NCBI GenBank assembly: GCA_965112735.1
Contig: OZ218952.1
Coordinates: forward strand, 62,001-126,000
Direction of reading: 5' to 3'
DNA: 64,000 nucleotides
Source: Phaeosaccion multiseriatum
Lineage: Eukaryota > Protista > Ochrophyta, other classes
In this document: positions 35,329 through 44,400 of the stretch, piece by piece
Position numbering within the stretch: the first letter of the stretch is position 1
How the letters are laid out: each line of letters starts with the position of its first letter
Notes under the pieces: model-generated
Told to the model about the DNA's origin: nothing
Databases searched by the model: none
The model's input: the letters and a program-made list of their open reading frames with translations, nothing else
Translations under genes and position numbers: made by a program

Positions 35329-36953
35329 CCAGCAGGTTGGTCGTTTAGGATGGCTCACGGATAAAGCTAATAGAGACAAGGCTGGCTGCCAGGCTGGCTT
35401 TGGGGTTGCTATTACCTTGTCCATGCGGCTACTCCTATCCTAGGTGGAGAGCAACGTGACTCTTTACAACCCCAAAGAATCCCGAAGGCAGCTGACCTTG
35501 GCCAAGAGGCTCAGGCAGCAGCTCGGTAGCTTTGAGTTTGCCGGGAGCGGTGCCTTACAGCGGGCATGGCTTTCGAGTGTGGCAGCAGTACGGATGTTGC
35601 TGTTACACGGAAATTGCTGCTGGAGCTTGGTGGGCAGTGGAGATGGAGAATTGCCGGGAGCGGTGCCTTACAGCGGGCATGGCTTTCGAGTGTGGCAGCA
35701 GCACGGATGTTGCTGTTACACGGAAATTGCTGCTGGAGCTTGGTGGGCCGTGGAGATAGAGAATTGCCGGGAGCGGTGCCTTACAGCGGGCACGGCTTTC
35801 GAGTGTGGCAGCAGCACGGATGTTGCTGTTACACGGAAATTGCTGCTGGAGCTTGGTGGGCAGTGGAGATGGAGAATTGCCGGGAGCGGTGCCTTACAGC
35901 GGGCATGGCTTTCGAGTGTGGCAGCAGCACGGATGTTGCTGTTACACGGAAATTGCTGCTGGAGCTTGGTGGGCCGTGGAGATAGAGAATTGCCGGGAGC
36001 GGTGCCTTACAGCGGGCACGGCTTTCGAGTGTGGCAGCAGCACGGATGTTGCTGTTGCACGGAAATTGCTGCTGGAGCTTGATGGGCCGTGGAGATAGAG
36101 AATTGCCGGGAGTGGTGCCTTAGTCAGCGGGCATGGCTTTCGAGTGTGGCAGCAGCACGGATGTTGCTGTTGCACGGAAATTGCTGCTGGAGCTTGGTGG
36201 GCCGTGGAGATAGAGAATTGCCGAGAGCGGTGCCCTACAGCGGGCACGGCTTTCGAGTGTGGCAGCAGCGCGGCTGTTGCTGTTGCACGGAGCTTGGCGG
36301 GAGACAGAGAAGGATACTCGCAAGGCTGCTTTAGGGACTGTCTGGGTGCCTTGTAGGCACACCAGTAAACACTTGAGCAGTCAGCATTAGTGGTGCGCAA
36401 CGAGGCTTTGGCAACGCTGGTGGCGAGTAGGAGTGGAGATAGAGAATTGCGCGGGTGAGTTTGAGTCATGGGATGTTCTCATCCGTGAGCCTGTGTGGGT
36501 GAGTTTGAGTCGTGGGGTTTTCTCACCAATACAGGAGGGTGTGTGTTGGAGGAGCGGTCGCACACACCTGGGTGAGTTTTGCATATTTCTCATCCGTTTT
36601 TATTGGAAGCAACATGGAGGCTTTTGCTACAAGTCGAGCTTTAGTAGGCGAACCCGCTTTGAGTTGCGTGGGGACACGCAATAGTTTAGTTCAGGGGGAT
36701 GTTAGAAGTGCAGGGATGGCTGACGGGGATGTTGAAAGTCAGTATTATGTCAATGGCCCAGGCCCAGGCAAATACGGTGAGAAACGGTGCGTGGCCCGTT
36801 TCTCACTCACCTCCCAGCAGGTTGGTCGTTTAGGATGGCTCACGGATAAAGCTAATAGAGACAAGGCTGGCTGCCAGGCTGGCTTTGGGGTTGCTATTAC
36901 CTTGTCCATGCGGCTACTCCTATCCTAGGTGGAGAGCAACGTGACTCTTTACA
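35329..36953 (+). mobile_element. Non-coding LTR element G (TRIM-like) nested in the Copia integrase; 5' LTR truncated
   Basis: Full LTR 36700-36953 (tgttag...tttaca) preceded by a G-rich PPT (tcagggggatgttag); partial LTR 35329-35468; same family as 48412-49034. Confidence 0.88.
35538..36295. repeat. 113-bp tandem repeat, about 6.7 copies, inside element G
   Basis: ttgccgggagcggtgcc... starts at 35538, 35651, 35764, 35877, 35990, 36103 and ~36218. Confidence 0.95.
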
Positions 36954-38316
36954 CATTCCTCTCGAAGGAGAGCACGTGTTGCAGGCGTGCTGCCCGCACA
37001 CGGGTATGGGCTGGTGCAGGAAGGTGGGGGGCAAGACGGAAGCGCACTTCCAGGGAGTGTATGATGATCTCAACACCACAGTATTCATTCCAGGGGAGAG
37101 GACAGCGGGGTACAAGGTGCAGTGTTTGTCAGCAGACAACGGATCGGAGCTCATCAAGACGAAGGCAGCGAAGAAGATGCTCTACTCCCAGGGCATTGAG
37201 GTCAAGCTGACGGACCCTCATTGTCAGGCGCAGAACGGACTGAACGAGGCTCGACACAAGGAGCTGGCACGCATGTCTATTCTTTTCATTGAGGAGGCGA
37301 AGCTGGAGGAGCACTCAAAGCAGCTGAGGTTCGTAGCGTACAAGTTGGCGCAGCTCCTCTACAACACCAGGTGCAGGAGGGGGCGGCAGCAGTCCCCCTA
37401 CGAGCTGTATTTCAAGCGCAAGCCTGACCTACAGCACATTCACATCTTCGGAGAGCAGGCGAAGGTGCGGGTGGGCAACAAGAAGCACAAGCAGTGGCAC
37501 AACGACAAGACGCACTCGGCAGTGTACGTGGGACAGAGCCCCAACCACAGATCAGCCTGTCTCCTTTTCTACATCCCTTCACAGAAGCGGTTCATCTCCA
37601 GCTCGTCCTACACATTCGTGAAGAACCGCAGACACGACGGCACGGTGTTCGGGAGTCACGTGGAGAAGGGGAAGCTACCAGAGACAGCGGAGAAGGAGGA
37701 TGACAGCGAGGACGAGGACCAGCCCTCGAGCAGCACGAGCAGCAAGAGCAGCAGCAGCAGTGCGAGCGGGGGAGGTAAGCACCACCAGCCCTCGAGCAGC
37801 GGGAGCAGCAGCAGGAGCAGCAGCAGCAGCGCGAGCGGGGGAGGTGGGGGCGGGACCAAGAGTGGAACCGTCACATGGAACACGAGATTAGAGGAGGCAC
37901 AGCCAGCCCCACAGCAGCAGCAGACATCACGCTGGGAACAGGTTCTCACCCGAGAGTTCGTGGAGAAGTTACAACTCGAAGGAGAAGGCCTGGAGCGACG
38001 TCAGCACGCCGAGCGGCAACAGCGGGAGCGGACGGCAAAGCAGCAACAGAGAGAGCAGCAGAAACAGCAAGTAGCACAGCATCAGGCAGAGCAGCAGCAG
38101 CAGCAGGCAGAGCAGCAGCAGGCAGAGCAGCAGCAGGAAGAGCCAACGCAGCAGGCTGAGCCGCCAGAGGGAGGCAAACTCTGGACATACGAGGTGGCCA
38201 AAGATGGAGACAAGGGAGCCAAGGAGCACGACTGGGGCCACGATCCCAGCATGGGCCGCACGCGTAGCGGCAAACACTGACATGCAGTCTCCTCCATACT
38301 AGGCCCACTCTTTCTG

Positions 38317-39924
38317 ATGCCAGGCCTAAAGGAGAGCGAGGTACCGATACCACGGTCTCTGGCCCAGGCTCAAGCAGGAGAGTACGCGGAGCAATGGACG
38401 GAGGCGTACTGGGCAGAGCTCAACGCGATCGAGCAACGCCAGGTATGGGAGGAGGTCGATTATGAAGAGGGGATGAATGTACTGCATACAGTCATGCTAT
38501 TCAGAGCAAAGGTGACTGGGGGACTTGTGGATAGGCTCAAGTGTCGATTTGTCGTGATGGGGAACGAGCAGATCGAGGGGGAGGATTACTTTGATACCTT
38601 TGCACCAGTGGTGGGGAGCTCGACGATGAAGATGTTCTTTGCTATCACGTGCCAGAAGAAGTGGGTATTGGAGTTTGCTGATGTGGAGACGGCTTTCCTG
38701 CATGCACCTTTGCATGAGGGAGAGTACGTGTACATTAGAGCACCAGAGGGCATGAGAAAGTTCGGGAAGGTGCTGAGGCTGTTGAAGAGTCTTTACGGTC
38801 TTCATCAGTCTCCCAAGAGGTGGAACGAGACAGTGGTGGCATTTCTACTCGCAATGGGGTGGGTACAGTGCCCAGTGGATCCGTGTCTGTTCGCCAGGTT
38901 CGAGGAGGGGGAGCTAATAGGGCTCATCATTCTATATGTAGACGACCTAGGAGGGTCAGGGGAGGGTGATCTCATTGATTGCACTTTCCAGGAGATTGAC
39001 GAGCGTTTCAAGTTGAAGCGTTTGGGGTCGAATGTGGGGAAATTTCTGGGAGTTGAAGTTGACTACGCATTCGAGGCGGGACGGCTCAGGCTTTCGCTAG
39101 GAGGGTATCTTAGAGCGATGCTTGAGAAGTTCGACATGACGGAGGTACCTGTGTACGGCTCACCAGCAGAGCAGGGGGTACATTTGTCAGTGGGTATGGA
39201 GCCGAGCACCACAGAGGAGGAGGAATTCATGAAGGACAAACCATACTGCTCAGCGGTAGGGTCAATCCTATGGGTTGCCAACTGGGTGAGGCTTGATGTA
39301 TCCTTCGCCATCATGCAGTGTGCTCGTTTTATGAAGAGGCCGGGGCCTCGACACTGGGCAGCATTGCAGCGCATTTTCGGGTACTTTAGGGGTAGTTTAG
39401 ACTTGGGAATTGAGTTTAATCGAGAGGCGGGGCTTCATCTGGAGGCATACGCAGACTCGAGCTGGGCAGATGACGTCGACAGGCGCAGGAGCTCAGGGGG
39501 ATACGTCGTGACATTCGGCGGGGGAGTGATTGCTCACAAGGCAACACTATTCAAGGTCATAGCACAGTGCTCTATGGAAAGTGAGTACATGGCCGCAGCG
39601 GAAGCAGTGAAGGAGTTGCTGTTTCACAGAGGGATTCTGGAGTTTCTGTTTCCAGGAGCCAACATGACGGAGTCGATTGTGCACGAGGACAATCAAGGGT
39701 GCATTCAGATGGCAAATGGCAACGCAGGCACCAAGCGCGTACGTCACATCGACATTCGTTATCATTTCCTGCAGTACCACGTGGAGAAGGGACACGTTCG
39801 GTTTCAGTACATCAGCACAAAGGATCAGCTTGGGGACATCATGACCAAGGCATTTGCACCTCAGGTACACAGCGGTCTGGCGGGGCAGATGCTCAAGAAG
39901 GGAGACAGGAAAGGGGGGGACTAG
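38317..39924 (+). CDS. Copia reverse transcriptase-RNase H open segment (535 aa)
   Basis: RLKCRFVVMGNEQIEGEDYFDTFAPV, YVDD, ESEYMAAAEAVKE, RHIDIRYHF, QLGDIMTK. Confidence 0.9.
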   Translation: MPGLKESEVPIPRSLAQAQAGEYAEQWTEAYWAELNAIEQRQVWEEVDYEEGMNVLHTVMLFRAKVTGGLVDRLKCRFVVMGNEQIEGEDYFDTFAPVVGSSTMKMFFAITCQKKWVLEFADVETAFLHAPLHEGEYVYIRAPEGMRKFGKVLRLLKSLYGLHQSPKRWNETVVAFLLAMGWVQCPVDPCLFARFEEGELIGLIILYVDDLGGSGEGDLIDCTFQEIDERFKLKRLGSNVGKFLGVEVDYAFEAGRLRLSLGGYLRAMLEKFDMTEVPVYGSPAEQGVHLSVGMEPSTTEEEEFMKDKPYCSAVGSILWVANWVRLDVSFAIMQCARFMKRPGPRHWAALQRIFGYFRGSLDLGIEFNREAGLHLEAYADSSWADDVDRRRSSGGYVVTFGGGVIAHKATLFKVIAQCSMESEYMAAAEAVKELLFHRGILEFLFPGANMTESIVHEDNQGCIQMANGNAGTKRVRHIDIRYHFLQYHVEKGHVRFQYISTKDQLGDIMTKAFAPQVHSGLAGQMLKKGDRKGGD

Positions 39925-40247
39925 TTTTAGTTCAGTAGTTTTAGTATGAGGTTTTCAGGACTTTGTCTTGGGGGGGTTTTAGGGCAAGTCAGGTGTTTCC
40001 TCATTGTGTTTGTGGTAGAGTGTCAGCTATCAAGAGAGATAGTGATTCAGTCATAGGAGGGTGTTGTGATAAGTATCGCCATTTGTGACTGAGCACTATA
40101 TCGATGTACAATATCGATGTGGATATCGATATTCATGTATGGCCACGGCCATCACTTCCTTGAACGCATCTCTCAGTAGGTATTATTAATACACGAGTTG
40201 ACACTACTCTAGCTTGTCCCTGTCATCGTAGAGGAGATATCGCAACA

Positions 40248-41154
40248 CCGTGTGATCAGAGTTGCCACACTTGAAGCAAACCCGAGCCTTGGACTCACGT
40301 CCTTGCTTCTTCGGCTTCTTCAGAGGGGGGGCAGTTGCCCGAGAGTCCGCAGAGGCGGGAGCGTCGCGCTTCGGCTGCTGCTGCTGCTGCTGCGGCTGCT
40401 GCTGCTGCTGCTGCTGTCGCCTACCGCCGCCAGCTGGCTTCTTGCCCCCACCAGTGATGACCAATCGCTGTATCTCCTCAAGAGAGGGCAGAGCGACAGC
40501 CCCATTAGAAGTGTCTTGCTGGATGCACCGGTAGATGGGCAAGTACTGATCCACCATGAGGGTCAGTTGCTGGAGAAAGGGCACGTAGGTCTTCAGAAGA
40601 TTCTTGTGAAGAGTGAAGTACCTAGTGAGGTACCCCTTCAGCCCCTGAGGGCGATTGCACGCTTGAAGCAGAGCATTGCACAGAACTTGGCAAGACTCCG
40701 TGCTGACCTGAGTGTTGTCCTCCTTGAAGAAGACTCGAGTCTGGCCATGCTTCTCCAAGAGACCGTGCATCTGCTGATTGAGAGAGCCCACGGGATTCTG
40801 AGTATCCGGTGGCAGATAGAGCTTGCTCTTGAGGTCCTTCAGTAGGGCATTGCCATGGTCCGAGCAGGAGCCGGCATTAGGCTCTACCAGCTGCTGAAGG
40901 TGCTTGTAAAGAAACTCGTGAGTAATAGCTGAGGTAGCTTTACCAAGCTGAGCGCCAAGCGACGTGAGAGAGTGCGTAGGCAAGAGCACCTCAAGAGTCG
41001 TAAGATCAGGCTTCGAACCTACAATGGCATTGTGTCGCCGAACGTAAGTGTCGTACTGCTTGAAGTAAGCAATAACAGCCTTCTCCGTAGTACTAACCTC
41101 CCCAGATGGGAAGTTGGGAGCAGTAAGAGAGAAAATGGCCACTGAGCTGGCTGC
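40248..41154 (-). pseudogene. Element B gag (main part; N-terminus at 47090-47306)
   Basis: The ORF ends in zinc knuckle CFKCGNSDHT, which continues as LYTC at ~34670-34682. Upstream it joins MANTKNKGKG...RMPAAASSVAIF in frame after removal of H. Confidence 0.85.
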
Positions 41155-41401
41155 TCGGCCCCATGCACGCCTACCGGTTTTGCTCTAGGCCGCTAGGCCG
41201 CTCGGCATTCGGCCGATCTATGCCTAGGCCGGTGGCCTCCGGCCGCTCTAGGCCGCTCACTTTTCAGTCCTAGGCGGCCTGCCTATACAGCCCGCCTCTA
41301 GGCAGCCTATACAGCCCGCCTCTAGGCAGCCTCCCAGTGACCGTGGGCGCGTGCGTGGTGCCGCCTAGCAAGTGGGTAGCAGGTGTGCACTCCTCGTAGG
41401 G

Positions 41402-44400
41402 TGTGGAGTAGGCCACTCTTTCATGCCAAATCGGAAACCCGAGGCAATTGTTTAATATATTTTACTCTCGTTCTATCAATAAGGTTTTGACGTCTTATCT
41501 CTCCCACCAAGGAGTGGGGAGTCCACAGACAAAGAGTGTGAGTCACAGTTAGTTAGCGCAAGTTCACCGACGCTACAATAATCGATTATTACTCAGTATT
41601 GGTGATACCAGAACTGAAGAAAGATTCAAAAAGACCGGAGAGGCCAGGATGGCGGATTCGGCACCAATGGCGCAGTCTGCGGAGAAGCTACATGCGCCAC
41701 ACCTTACGCAGGTGGACACCAAGAGCGCGGGTGCGTGGCTGGATAGCCGCAAGTGGTATGAGCAACAGCATAAGGCTCTCGCGAGAAATTTGACACCAGA
41801 GCAGGCCCGGCGCAACCCGGAGGCTACTGTGCAATCGTGCCTAAAGCGCTCGGTAAGAATGCACATCATTAAGGAGATGTTCAGCGATGATGAGAGGACA
41901 GCCTTAGCGGCCGACGATGCAGCAACGAATGCAGCAGTGGAAGCCTCTTTCCTGGCAGCGATTAAACAGCTTGCGGGAAGGACAGCGGAGGCCTCACAGC
42001 GCAACCCCGTGGAGCTGCAAGATGCTATAAGGAAGAGCCTAGTCATGTCCATGCTGGACAAGGAAGGTAACCACATCGACGTAGAGGAAAGGGTACAGAA
42101 TCAGCTCCTTCCCCTGTATGATCTACTCGACAAAAGGGGGTTGGAAGCGGAGTTCATTAACCTCGACACCTACGCGTTCTTACCAACGCATGCCGTTCTG
42201 TTGACGGAAAGCATTCTGGCCGGCCTAAGGCCCAATGAATTCAAACAGCACGTACAGAGCGCGGCAAAGATGAAGGGCTGGGACCAGCTGAAGAAGAACC
42301 CAGATGCCTTTAAAAGATTCGTGAAGGAGGAGGCAAAGCTTTTCAGGTCTGCAGACCAGCTGATGGCTAAGCAGGCCAAACAGAAGAAAGACGGCAAGCA
42401 AAAGGAAACCAAGAAGGGTGACCAAAAGGGCAATGGCAAGAAGAGCGATGGGAAAGATGGAGGCGGCAAGCAGGGCGGTGGCAAAGGCGATGGCAGTAAG
42501 GGAGATGGCAAAGCTGAGGGAAATCGTGACGGAAAGAAAGACAAAGACAAGAAACCCACGCAGGACCCCAACAAGCCAGGCCCATGTGACCACTGCGGGA
42601 GGCCCAACCACGACAAGGAGCACTGCTGGAAGCTACACCCGGAGCAGAAGCCTGCCAGCCTGTCCCAAGGACACCGGAGAGTTACTTTCGAGGAGGAGCT
42701 CACCGAGGACGCAGCAGCAGACGCAGCGGCGGAGGAAGCAGTCAAGAAGGGAGTGGCAGCAAACCAAGACGCAGGTATGCACCAGCTGTTCCTTAGAGAT
42801 GATGGGATGGCGGAGCTCTCTCTCTCGGAGGAGGGACCGGTTGTTAAGATCCCCATCTTGATTGACAGTGGGTCAAGCACCACCAGCCTTAACCTCCCAG
42901 CTTTTCGCCAACTGCGTCACCATTATGGTACCAAGGCCATGGCGCTTGAGCCCATGCCTAGTGCGGTCCAAATGGACACAGCAAATGGCGCAGCAGAGAT
43001 GACGGAGATGACTCCTCCACTTACACTGCGTTTCAGCACACCACAGGGGCCTGTCGAGTTGACAGGGCTCCGCCTGGGTTACGAGAGCAGCGATCAGCCT
43101 GCTCCTCTCGTGATCATAGGACGGCAGACAATCAAGGAGCATTTGCCGGACTTGGACCTGAGCAGCCTCAGCAGCAGTGCGGCCAGCGTCCACAACAATC
43201 TACAGCAGCGACGAGCAGCGGTGGTGGAGCAGGTGCCCCTGTCTGAGGACCTGCCCTACATGTTCATGGAGGTGCAACTGCTGACGGAGGACGAGATCTT
43301 GTTTGATTCAATTCCCCTCTCTTTCTCTTCCTTCGATCAGGAGGACCACAAGGAGAGAGAGCTGGACAAGCGCTACTCTGATTTGGCCGATGTTTTCGAG
43401 AACGCCAAGGCCAACGGCCTCCCCAGTGACCAGCAACGTAAGTACCACGACTGGTTGTGGTCTCATAAGGATCAGTTTCGTTCTGAACTGATAGACGACC
43501 CTCCGGCTGAGGTGGAGCCGATGAAGCCTCGCTGGAAGCAGAATTTTGTGTGCCCCAAAATCCCCTTTCGTCGCATGAAGCCTAACATGAGGGAGTGGCT
43601 TGGAGCTTTCCTGTGCTTGCTGGCAACTTTTGGCCTTGTGTACAAGAACGCTCAGGCTTGCGCAGCATCACCAGCGCTCGTCACCCCTAAGGCTTCGGGA
43701 AGCTTTCGTGCTACTGTGGACTACCGAGTGGTCAACGAAGAACTCCACCCACAGCACTGGCCCATGGAGACCATCATTCCCCAGCTGCAGCAGATACTGT
43801 CCAAGGCGAGACGCCTTGCAGTAGCAGACATGAACAAGGGCTATTGGCAATTCCCTGTTGACAAGGCAAGTCAGGAGATGTTCACCATCGCCACCCCGGA
43901 CGGCCTTTTCACCCCGACGCGAGTCCCTCAAGGCCTGAGCATCAGCGTCGAGTACTACCAGAGCACCATGCAGACAATCCTCGGAGATCTTTTCGGTAAA
44001 TGCTGTGTGGTGTGGCTCGATGATGTGCTGATTTGGGGCGAGGACGATGATGACTTGCTGAACAATTTGACTTTGGTTTTCGATCGATTCGCGAAGGCCA
44101 AGCTTTTTTGCAGCGCACCCAAGTTTGTACTGTATGCTTTGGAACAGACTTACTGCGGTGTGACTTGTGGAGAAAATGGCGTGGGGCAGGACCCGGCACG
44201 CCTTCAGGGGCTGGTGGATTTGGCTGCCCCCACAGACGGAGGGCAATTGATGCAGTTCCTTGCCTCTCTCAACTGGTACCGCAGCCACCTCCCAGACCTC
44301 GCTCGTGTCTCTCTCCCTCTCCAGCAGCTTCTCAATCAGACTCTGGACGGACTGGAGGTGCGCAGCAAAGCACGGGCTGCGAAGCGGCCCATCACAGCAG

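Larger units (their letters stand above)
34683..40247 (+). mobile_element. Ty1/Copia element F, 5'-truncated (no gag or 5' LTR); 3' LTR 40062-40247
   Basis: Domain order PR (LADSGSA), pre-integrase zinc finger (YHCKNGH...CKTC), IN (SADNGSEL, QNGLNE), RT (DVETAFL, LYGLHQSP, YVDD), RH (YADSSW). PPT ataggaggg precedes tgttg...caaca. In-frame stops at 35049-35051 and 38278-38280. Confidence 0.93.

Noticed and set aside
35444-36469. Cys/Trp-rich ORFs in element G
   Set aside because: They are translations of the 113-bp tandem repeat.
38278-38283. Programmed readthrough (TGA-C) between Copia IN and RT
   Set aside because: The element has another in-frame stop, a deletion and a truncation, so simple decay is more likely.
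41600-41612. tggtgataccag as a tRNA PBS for element E
   Set aside because: It lies more than 20 nt from either candidate LTR end, whereas a PBS is normally within a few nt. Not fully excluded without a tRNA search.
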